A stretch of 64,000 nt of DNA from an uncultured Candidatus Actinomarina sp. (GTDB lineage Bacteria > Actinomycetota > Acidimicrobiia > Actinomarinales > Actinomarinaceae), in contig CACHBU010000001.1 of the NCBI GenBank assembly GCA_902578135.1, positions 211,569 through 275,568 on the forward strand, read 5' to 3'. The first letter of the stretch is position 1, and each line of letters opens with the position of its first letter. The notes below the pieces were generated by a model. It saw only the letters and a list, made by a program, of their open reading frames with translations. It searched no databases and was not told where the DNA came from. Made by a program: the position numbers and the translations under genes. This document shows, in pieces, positions 37,631-45,382 of the stretch.

Positions 37631-38677
37631 TTGAAAAATAAATATAGTTTCAAATTTGGTGTAATCGTACTTTCTTTAGTATTGATAGCGTGTTCAGGCG
37701 GAAGTGCTGATGCAGGCTGTCCCGAAATAGACGGAAGAGAGATTAATGTTGTAGCGACAACACCAATGATTGGAGAATTTGTTAATCAAATAGGTGGAGA
37801 TAGTATAAACCTTACAGTTTTAATGCCGCCAGAAGCAAATCCCCATACGTACGAACCAGCTCCCCAGGATGCTGGAACAATTGCTGATGCAGATTTAGTT
37901 TTCTATACAGGGTTAATGTATGAACCAGCCCCACTCATAGAGTTGCTGGAAAACTCCGTCTGTGGTTCTGAAGCTTTGGCTGAGGTTGGCGAAAGTGTTT
38001 TTCCCATAGAGTTTAAAGAAGGTGGTCATGATGACCATCACGATGATCATGGAGAAAAAGGACATGATGACCATGACGAAGAGGGACATGATGACCATGA
38101 CGAAGAGGGACATGATGACCATAGTGGACATGAAGGCCACGGACACGGTGCATATGATCCTCACTTTTGGTTCGACCCAAATAGAGTCGCCTATGCAGCG
38201 GAATTTATAGAATCAAAATTAATTGAACGAGATCCAAGCAATACAGCTAGTTATCAAGCAGCTGGAGACGCTTACGGTAATGTTTTGAATAGCTTGACAG
38301 GACAGGTTTCACAATTAATTGCATCAATACCTTCTCAAAACCGAAAACTCATTACAACACATGAGTCTTTAGGTTATTTAGAAGCTAAATTCGGACTTGA
38401 AGTGCTTTCAACTATTATTCCTGATTTAGATTCTTCAAACGAGATATCACCTTCACAGCTTGTTGGTGTTATCGATGTAATTGAAGACAACAATATAAAG
38501 GTAATCTTTATTGAGGCTGAAGCTCCATCTGTTTACTCAGAAACAATTGTTGCAGAAACAGGAATAAAAGCCGTTGAAGGATTATGGGTGGAGACACTCA
38601 GGCCGGGTCAAACCTATCCAGAGTTCTTAATTACAGCTGTTGAATTAATTGTGGAGAATTTAACAAATACTGATTAA
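37631..38677 (+). CDS. znuA: Metal ABC transporter substrate-binding lipoprotein (ZnuA/TroA family) with a His/Asp-rich loop
   Basis: Lipobox LIACSG. NPHTYEP and DPHFWFDP metal-ligand motifs. The loop HDDHHDDHGEKGHDDHDEEGHDDHDEEGHDDHSGHEGHGHG is typical of zinc-specific ZnuA. Confidence 0.85.
   Translation: MKNKYSFKFGVIVLSLVLIACSGGSADAGCPEIDGREINVVATTPMIGEFVNQIGGDSINLTVLMPPEANPHTYEPAPQDAGTIADADLVFYTGLMYEPAPLIELLENSVCGSEALAEVGESVFPIEFKEGGHDDHHDDHGEKGHDDHDEEGHDDHDEEGHDDHSGHEGHGHGAYDPHFWFDPNRVAYAAEFIESKLIERDPSNTASYQAAGDAYGNVLNSLTGQVSQLIASIPSQNRKLITTHESLGYLEAKFGLEVLSTIIPDLDSSNEISPSQLVGVIDVIEDNNIKVIFIEAEAPSVYSETIVAETGIKAVEGLWVETLRPGQTYPEFLITAVELIVENLTNTD
38060..38123 (+). repeat. 24-nt tandem repeat (2.7 copies) encoding the GHDDHDEE units of the ZnuA loop
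   Basis: GGACATGATGACCATGACGAAGAG occurs perfectly at 38060 and 38084, with a partial third copy from 38108. Confidence 0.95.
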
Positions 38678-38722
38678 ATTTATTGTAGATAACTTTCGTT
38701 ACCCAATAAGAAAGAAATCACA

Positions 38723-39514
38723 ATGAATTCAACAACAGATAAAGTATTTGACAACACAGCAATCATCATATCTGATGGTTGCTGTGTTCAACTTGGGAAC
38801 ACTCAAGCATTAGATGACGTCACCTTTTCTATTACTAAAGGGAAAAAGGTTGCAGTAGTTGGACCAAATGGTGGTGGAAAGTCTACATTATTTAACGCAT
38901 TAGCTGGCCTAGTTCCGGTAGTTAATGGTTCTTTGAAAATTAACGGGCTGAGCCCACAAGATGCAAAAGGGTCAATTAGTTATGTTCCCCAGAGAGATTT
39001 AATAAATCGAAATTTTCCACTTTCGGTAAAACAAGTAGTTGAAATGGGTTTAGTAAGTAAATACTCTTTAAATCTTTTTTCAAGAAAGCAAATAAATTTA
39101 AAAATCAAAGAAGCACTTGAAAACGTAGGTCTATCTGAAAAAATAAATCAAAACATTAATAATTTATCTGGTGGCCAGTTCCAGAGAGTTTTAATAGCAA
39201 GAGGGCTTGCTCAGGATGCAGATATTTTACTATTAGATGAAGCTTTCAGCGCTGTCGATGTAGGCGCACAAGAAGACATCATGAGCTTAATAAGTGACAT
39301 TAACTTAGATGGAAAAACGATTTTAGTAGCGACTCATGATATAAACAATCTTGAAGAAAAATTTGATGAGGTTCTTTGTTTAAATAGACATTGCTGTGCT
39401 TACGGCAATCCATCTGAAGTCTTAACCAAAGATGTAATTAAAGAAATGTATGGTTCACACTACGAGATGTTCAAAAGCCACACTCCAGAGAGTCATGAAA
39501 AAAATAATGATTGA
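38723..39514 (+). CDS. znuC: Metal (Zn/Mn) ABC transporter ATP-binding protein
   Basis: Walker A GPNGGGKST, signature LSGGQFQRVLIARGL, Walker B ILLLDEAFSAVD. Confidence 0.88.
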   Translation: MNSTTDKVFDNTAIIISDGCCVQLGNTQALDDVTFSITKGKKVAVVGPNGGGKSTLFNALAGLVPVVNGSLKINGLSPQDAKGSISYVPQRDLINRNFPLSVKQVVEMGLVSKYSLNLFSRKQINLKIKEALENVGLSEKINQNINNLSGGQFQRVLIARGLAQDADILLLDEAFSAVDVGAQEDIMSLISDINLDGKTILVATHDINNLEEKFDEVLCLNRHCCAYGNPSEVLTKDVIKEMYGSHYEMFKSHTPESHEKNND

Positions 39515-40328
39515 GATAATAATTGATCCTTTTAAATATGAATTTATGATTCGTTCTCTTATTACAGCAACAGCTTCGGGAATTATGTTGTCAATACTGG
39601 GACCTTTTGCAATCAACAGAAATATGGGTTTTATGGCTGATGCAATGGCTCACGCCACACTCCCAATTATCGCAGTGGGTGTATTTTTAGGTTTTAGTAT
39701 TTCTGAATTAGGGGTTCCAGCATCTATATTGATTGCATTTTTTCTGGGTTATATAATTAAAAATTCAAATGTAGGCGAGGATACTGCAATAGGGATTATT
39801 TTTTCATCGTTTTTTGCATTAGGATTTATTCTGATTTCAATACTTAATGTAACAATTAACCTAGAGGATTTATTATTTGGACAGATACTAGCAGTTAGCA
39901 GCTTTGATGTATTTATAGTTACTGCAATGTGTATTTCCGTAGTCAGTTTGATCATAATATTTTTCAAACAGTTGCTTTTCTACTCTTTTGATCCGATTGG
40001 TGCTGAAGTTAAGGGTCTAAATACAAACTTTTTAAATTATTTATTTCTTGTAATATTGTCGGTGGCAATTGTAGCTTCTCTTCAAACTGTTGGTATTATT
40101 TTAGTTTTAAGTATGCTTCTTATTCCAGCTGCTGCATCGAAGCAGATAACAAATACATTTGTTTCTTCTATATACGTAAGTATTCTCTTTGGTGTATTTT
40201 CTTCAGTTTCAGGACTTTATCTTTCTTACTTTTTTAATTTACCTTCAGGACCAACCATGTCTATGGTTGCAACCTCCCTTTTTATTGTCTGCTTTTTTCT
40301 AAACAAATTAAAAAAAACAAAAATTTAA
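39507..40328 (+). CDS. znuB: Metal (Zn/Mn) ABC transporter permease (ABC-3 family)
   Basis: I prefer the ATG at 39507, which overlaps the znuC stop. About 8 TM segments. FMADAMAHATLP and LLIPAAAS are typical of ZnuB/TroCD permeases. Confidence 0.85.
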   Translation: MIEIIIDPFKYEFMIRSLITATASGIMLSILGPFAINRNMGFMADAMAHATLPIIAVGVFLGFSISELGVPASILIAFFLGYIIKNSNVGEDTAIGIIFSSFFALGFILISILNVTINLEDLLFGQILAVSSFDVFIVTAMCISVVSLIIIFFKQLLFYSFDPIGAEVKGLNTNFLNYLFLVILSVAIVASLQTVGIILVLSMLLIPAAASKQITNTFVSSIYVSILFGVFSSVSGLYLSYFFNLPSGPTMSMVATSLFIVCFFLNKLKKTKI

Positions 40329-40335
40329 TAAAATA

Positions 40336-40803
40336 ATGTACTCGATTTGGCTTACAAGTTCAGAGCATGACCGTGAGATTTACAACTTAATTCAAAGATT
40401 TGCAGATGAAGAGGGTCAAGATGCTTTTATTCCCCACGTAACACTAGTCACACAAATCTCTACCCAAGAAAAAGCAGCTGAAATTCTAAATCAAATTTTT
40501 AAGAACAAATGCAGTGTTCTCTTTGATCAGATTTCCGTTGGTAATACCTATTTCCAGAAACTTTTCCTAGAGTCTTCTGATAACTCATATTTTTTTAAAG
40601 CTATCTCAAATATTCAAGGTTGGCCAAGTTTATGGGTACCTCATTTATCGCTGTACTATGGGGATGAGTTACCCAAATCTTTTGACCTGGGGGAGCTCAA
40701 TAAACTCATCCCTGTAGCACTCACTTTTGACACTATTGCTGTTTACAAAACAGGACCTAAAGTGTCAGAATGGAAGGAGATAACCACTCTTTATTTGGAT
40801 TGA
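40336..40803 (+). CDS. 2H phosphoesterase superfamily protein (cyclic phosphodiesterase/LigT-like)
   Basis: Two H-x-[TS]-x motifs at the expected spacing: IPHVTLV and VPHLSLYY. Confidence 0.65.
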   Translation: MYSIWLTSSEHDREIYNLIQRFADEEGQDAFIPHVTLVTQISTQEKAAEILNQIFKNKCSVLFDQISVGNTYFQKLFLESSDNSYFFKAISNIQGWPSLWVPHLSLYYGDELPKSFDLGELNKLIPVALTFDTIAVYKTGPKVSEWKEITTLYLD

Positions 40804-40832
40804 TTCCAAAACAACAAATATATTGGTGATAC

Positions 40833-43067
40833 CTAAACAATTGCAAAACTTTCATTTGAAAAATCTATTGATAAGCTTTGCGATGTAGATATCATTGAAA
40901 AATTACTTTCACCAACACCAAGAATTGCTGGAATATTGTGCTCAGCACACCTTATCGCCATGTGAGAGTTTGGTCCCCCATATTGGGTAATCAAAGATTT
41001 GATTTTGTAATTAAAAATCCAATCCCATCCGGGATCTGCTGCTGGAATAACTACAATTTTATTATCGAGGTCATAAGGCTGATTTGAATAATTATCCAGA
41101 AGTAAAACTTTCCCAGAAACTGTTCCCTGTCCAATGTAATTTCCGTCTTTGCTCATTTCCTCATATAAATAAAAATCATCAGATGACGAGATTAAGTCAG
41201 GCATTAATGTATTTTTAAGATCTAAATTAATCGTATTCTCTTGGTTAAATTCAATATTTAGTCGTTGAAAAAGCTCTTCGTCGCTTATATTTTGCTCATC
41301 TATTTCATTTAAAATACCGTCAATTCCTTTTGTGTAGTAAAATTTTGAATTCTCTCTTGTTGCTATAGCGGTTTGAAACATTTCAACCCATGATGATGCC
41401 GTGTATGGAATATTGTTTAATTCAAAATATTTATCAATATTTGAAAATATAACTTTTTGCAATGAAATATTTTCATCTTGTGGTTCACTATTCTGAATCA
41501 ACAGCTCTGTAAACTCTAAATTATTTTTTAGATTAGATGAAGACAAATTATAGTTACCGGCCCTTATGTGTCCATAAATGTCTAAAAAGCTACTAAGACT
41601 TTTTTTTCCAAGTTTGACCTGATAAGCGTCCGACTTCATTTTCGTACTTATCGACTTTACTGACAACAGTAATGAGTTCTTTTGTGCTTCGGTAATTACA
41701 TCTTTTCTCAAAATATTGTTTACTTGAGCAAAATACACAAATCCCAACCTTGAATGATGTGTAAATGGCAATGCCATATTGTCTCTAATAAATTTTATAT
41801 TTTCTTTTTTAGAGTAATCAAAATTCCCATCAAGCAAAGAGAATGCTTTTAACATAGTTTTATTATTTTTTTCTAGGGTTGATTTGTTTAAGCTATTAAT
41901 TTCAATTAAATCCTGATGCCATTTATGAATCTCTTCTGGGCTAATAATGTCTTTATATTCAATAGCAAATTCATCCTCAGTATCAAACACATATGAAGAT
42001 CGAGAGATATTAAATTCAATTGAGTCATGTAAATGTGGATTCTCTTTCAATTTTTCTAATTGATGCTGTATTATTTTTTCACAGCTATCGACTTGTAAGC
42101 TTCGAGTTAAAAAACTATTTAAACTATGGTTTACATTTATGTAGGCCACATTGTTGAAAAGTTCCATTAATTTAGCCGGTTTATAATTTCTATAACCAAA
42201 TTCACCACGCTGTATATTCCATGTTGAGTCTGTAAACATAAATTTGTATAAGCCAAATGCAACATTGTCGGGTTTTTTACCAATCATTTCGGCTGGATTC
42301 ATGTCTGACATGTTGCTAAATAGCTGATTGACACCAAAACGATCGATCGTAGTTTCTTTTAAAGCTTCATATTTTTTGACATTCTGCTCAATAACTTTCT
42401 TCTCTGCAAATATCAAATCCTTATAAACTTTTTTCTCCATCAGAGGCCGTACTTGTAAAAGCAGAGGAGAAGAATTGCTATCTAGAACCATTTCAATGTC
42501 TAAATGTTTGTTCCCAAATAAATCTTCTAGTTTTGTCAGAATTTTTAGATATATAGAATATTCATCATATTTTTTTGGCAACTTGTTTATCGATCTATGA
42601 ACATAAAAATTTTTAATCTGATTGTATTTTCCAGATGTAACCGCATCAGTTTCTGGCCCATTATAAATTGAAAATGAACGATAAAGAGAGTCTGTTCCAA
42701 CCCTAAAAGATGTAAGCACAGATACGCTCTTTGCGTTTTTTATATAATCTTGCAAAATTACTGTTTGATTGGCATCTTTTTCATAGCTATTTAAAACCTG
42801 ATTCCATGATTCTTTTATATCGTCTATTCTTTCCTTGCTAATTGGTCCGATGGAAAGATATTTACCTGCATTAGATGAGCTTTCTAAGTCTTCATTAGAA
42901 CTATTGCTTCTTATCATTATTTCTTCTGAAAAATCATAAAGAATTTCGTTAATATTTCCTATATCTTCCAAAGAAAGCTCTCTAAAGTATGGAATTTCTA
43001 TATCCGTATGATTTGCTACAAACTCAAGGTTTTTAGCTTTATTACCATAATTTATTTGATCATCCAT
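40833..43067 (-). CDS. PEP-utilising-enzyme family phosphotransferase (ATP-grasp PPDK_N domain, large middle region, swivelling His domain; no PEP/pyruvate TIM barrel)
   Basis: N-terminal YGNKAKNLEFV and IRSNSSNEDLESSSNAGKYLSI (PPDK_N). C-terminal GGPNSHMAIRCAEHNIPAILGV (mobile phospho-His domain). The architecture resembles PEP synthase or rifampicin-phosphotransferase-type enzymes. Confidence 0.75.
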   Translation of the reverse strand: MDDQINYGNKAKNLEFVANHTDIEIPYFRELSLEDIGNINEILYDFSEEIMIRSNSSNEDLESSSNAGKYLSIGPISKERIDDIKESWNQVLNSYEKDANQTVILQDYIKNAKSVSVLTSFRVGTDSLYRSFSIYNGPETDAVTSGKYNQIKNFYVHRSINKLPKKYDEYSIYLKILTKLEDLFGNKHLDIEMVLDSNSSPLLLQVRPLMEKKVYKDLIFAEKKVIEQNVKKYEALKETTIDRFGVNQLFSNMSDMNPAEMIGKKPDNVAFGLYKFMFTDSTWNIQRGEFGYRNYKPAKLMELFNNVAYINVNHSLNSFLTRSLQVDSCEKIIQHQLEKLKENPHLHDSIEFNISRSSYVFDTEDEFAIEYKDIISPEEIHKWHQDLIEINSLNKSTLEKNNKTMLKAFSLLDGNFDYSKKENIKFIRDNMALPFTHHSRLGFVYFAQVNNILRKDVITEAQKNSLLLSVKSISTKMKSDAYQVKLGKKSLSSFLDIYGHIRAGNYNLSSSNLKNNLEFTELLIQNSEPQDENISLQKVIFSNIDKYFELNNIPYTASSWVEMFQTAIATRENSKFYYTKGIDGILNEIDEQNISDEELFQRLNIEFNQENTINLDLKNTLMPDLISSSDDFYLYEEMSKDGNYIGQGTVSGKVLLLDNYSNQPYDLDNKIVVIPAADPGWDWIFNYKIKSLITQYGGPNSHMAIRCAEHNIPAILGVGESNFSMISTSQSLSIDFSNESFAIV

Positions 43068-43074
43068 TTTTCAC

Positions 43075-44430
43075 CTATTTTTTGACTGACTCCAAAGCTA
43101 CTTGAACTTTTTCAGACGGAAATTCGTAATCAACCATCTCCCCACTCAAAAAGTTTTCATAAGCTTTCATATCAAAGTGACCATGTCCACACATTGCTGT
43201 CAAAACAGCAATACTTTCAGAATTTTGGTCGGCATCTTTCACGGCCCTAATTGCTGATGCAATTGCATGAGTTGCTTCTGGAGCAGGAACTATTCCTTCT
43301 GTTTTAGCAAAAAGTTGACCAGCTTCGAAACATTCTTTTTGGCCAATCGCTTCTGCTTCTATTGCTTTGTCTTCGTAAAGTGCACTCACAAGAGGAGCCA
43401 TTCCATGGTATCTTAATCCACCGGCATGAATAGGATCTGGGACAAAACTTGAACCAAGAGTGTGCATTTTGACAACAGGTGCCATACCTACTGAATCCCC
43501 AAAGTCATATGTGTAAACACCTTTAGTTAATGAAGGGCATGCCTCTGGTTCAACCGCACGAATAATAGTTTTTTGCTCTGTTTTCATATTGTTCCTAGCA
43601 AACGGTGAAAATAGCCCAGTAAAGTTTGAACCTCCACCAGTACAACCAACAATTATATCTGGGTAGTCATCAGCCATCTCCATTTGTTTCAGTGCCTCAA
43701 GACCAATTATTGATTGGTGCATTAGAACATGGTTTAGCACGCTTCCCAATGCGTATCTTGTTCCTTCTTCCTTCCTTGCAACCTCAATTGCTTCAGAGAT
43801 TGCTATTCCAAGGCTTCCTGGAGTATTTGGATCTTCTGACAAAAATTGTTTACCGATATCAGTCCTCTCAGACGGGCTTGGATGGACAGTAGCCCCATAT
43901 ATTTCCATCATTGTTTTTCTGTAAGGCTTTGACTCAAAAGATGCGGCTACCTGAAAAACTTCAAGTTCAATTCCAAAGGCTTGGCATGCAAATGACAAAG
44001 CTGAACCCCACTGACCAGCACCCGTTTCTGTAACCATTTTTTTTATTCCTTCTTCCGCGTTGTAATACGCTTGAGGAATTGCAGTATTTGGTTTGTGAGA
44101 ACCTGATGGTGACCCACCTTCGTATTTATAATATATTCTTGACTTTGTTCCTAAAGCTTTTTCAAGCCTTAAAGCCCTATACATTGGTGAAGGCCTGTAT
44201 AGCTTATACAAATCTAAAACGGGTTCAGGAATATCTATATAGCTTTGGTCAGATACTTCCTGCAAAATCAATCCCATTGGGAATAACGGTGCTAAATCCT
44301 CTGGGCCGATTGGATCCATTGTCTGTGGATTCAACTGCGGTGGTAAAGGATTTGGTAAATCAGGCACGATGTTGTACCACTGTTTTGGAATATCATTTTC
44401 ATCTAATAAAAATTTGTACTGTTCTTTCAT
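43075..44430 (-). CDS. trpB: Tryptophan synthase beta-chain-like protein, long TrpB2 type
   Basis: GGSPSGSHKPNTAIPQAYY (PLP lysine), GAGQWGSALS and GCTGGGSNFTGL. The 451 aa length fits TrpB2 rather than TrpB1. No trpA or other trp gene is nearby. Confidence 0.85.
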   Translation of the reverse strand: MKEQYKFLLDENDIPKQWYNIVPDLPNPLPPQLNPQTMDPIGPEDLAPLFPMGLILQEVSDQSYIDIPEPVLDLYKLYRPSPMYRALRLEKALGTKSRIYYKYEGGSPSGSHKPNTAIPQAYYNAEEGIKKMVTETGAGQWGSALSFACQAFGIELEVFQVAASFESKPYRKTMMEIYGATVHPSPSERTDIGKQFLSEDPNTPGSLGIAISEAIEVARKEEGTRYALGSVLNHVLMHQSIIGLEALKQMEMADDYPDIIVGCTGGGSNFTGLFSPFARNNMKTEQKTIIRAVEPEACPSLTKGVYTYDFGDSVGMAPVVKMHTLGSSFVPDPIHAGGLRYHGMAPLVSALYEDKAIEAEAIGQKECFEAGQLFAKTEGIVPAPEATHAIASAIRAVKDADQNSESIAVLTAMCGHGHFDMKAYENFLSGEMVDYEFPSEKVQVALESVKK

Positions 44431-44483
44431 CTTTACTCCTTTGTTTGGGTTGAGCCCGGAGTTTTAATTTCAGTGACAGTAAC

Positions 44484-44575
44484 AAAAAAACCGGGCTGTG
44501 CCCGGTTTAAGAACTAACTAGTGGGGCACCTACCTATGTAGTTGACCACCAATTCCAGCTAGTTACATTTTTCAT
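44484..44575 (-). promoter_or_regulatory. Trp-codon leader peptide (MKNVTSWNWWSTT, 44575-44534) plus a rho-independent attenuator (stem 44505-44491, U-tract 44490-44484)
   Basis: The minus strand reads ATGAAAAATGTAACTAGCTGGAATTGGTGGTCAACTACATAG...GGTGCCCCAC...AAACCGGGCACAGCCCGGTTTTTTT. There are three TGG codons among four consecutive codons. GTGCCC can pair with GGGCAC, the 5' arm of the terminator, as an antiterminator. Confidence 0.72.
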
Positions 44576-44653
44576 TACTTATAAGTTACCAAATAAGACT
44601 TAAGATGCAAAATTTATTTAAGTATAATTTTTAATTCTTCTATTCTTTATTAA

Positions 44654-45382
44654 ATGGAAAACATAATACAAGCTACAAAGTTAACCAAAATTTATGGAGA
44701 AAAAGAAACCAGTGTTACAGCACTCGACAATGTAGATGTCCAATTTAACGAAAATGAATTTACAGCAATAATGGGACCTTCTGGTTCTGGTAAGTCAACA
44801 TTGCTTCATTGTTTAGCAGGTTTAGACAGACCAACATCAGGACAAATATTCCTGAAAGATCAAGATATATCAACTTTAAACGACAAACAATTAACAAAAA
44901 TTAGAAGAGACAGTTTTGGATTTGTTTTTCAAGCTTTTAATTTAATACCAACCCTAACAGCTGAAGAGAATATAACCTTGCCAGCATCCATTTCAGGTAA
45001 AAAACCAGATATGGACTGGATTAAACAAGTTGTAGAAACAGTTGATATCGGTGACAGATTAACACATAGGCCCAATGAGTTATCTGGTGGTCAACAGCAG
45101 AGGGTTGCTGCTGCCAGAGCAATGGCAACAAAACCAGAGGTTATTTTTGCTGATGAGCCTTCAGGAAACTTAGACTCCAAATCAAGCAAAGAGCTCTTAA
45201 CTTTCATGAAATCTGTTGTGGAGGAATTAAACCAAACAATAATAATGGTGACACACGATCCATATGCTGCCTCTTATGCAAGCAGAGTAATTATGCTTAA
45301 AGATGGAAGTATTGCAAGCGATTTAAACGAACCAACTCAAGAAGAAATTGTTGCAGAGGTTACAGCACTCACTAATATCTGA
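44654..45382 (+). CDS. ABC transporter ATP-binding protein (MacB/FtsE-like)
   Basis: Walker A GPSGSGKST, signature LSGGQQQRVAAARAM, Walker B VIFADEPSGNLD, H-loop VTHD. Confidence 0.92.
   Translation: MENIIQATKLTKIYGEKETSVTALDNVDVQFNENEFTAIMGPSGSGKSTLLHCLAGLDRPTSGQIFLKDQDISTLNDKQLTKIRRDSFGFVFQAFNLIPTLTAEENITLPASISGKKPDMDWIKQVVETVDIGDRLTHRPNELSGGQQQRVAAARAMATKPEVIFADEPSGNLDSKSSKELLTFMKSVVEELNQTIIMVTHDPYAASYASRVIMLKDGSIASDLNEPTQEEIVAEVTALTNI

Noticed and set aside
37913-38210. ORFs rich in Met/Thr/His/Ile (37913-38164 minus strand; 38022-38210 plus strand, MVMMTITMIMEKKDMMTMTKRDMMT...).
   Set aside because: These are alternative frames of the 24-nt GHDDHDEE-coding repeat within znuA. The in-frame ZnuA reading has full-length family support.
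44484-44600. A T-box riboswitch upstream of trpB2 (AATTGGTGGTCAAC vaguely resembles the T-box AANNNGGGTGGTACCGCG).
   Set aside because: The leader is far too short (about 100 nt) for stem I, the specifier and antiterminator architecture. The match is only to GGTGGT. The Trp-codon mini-ORF plus terminator/antiterminator explains the sequence better.
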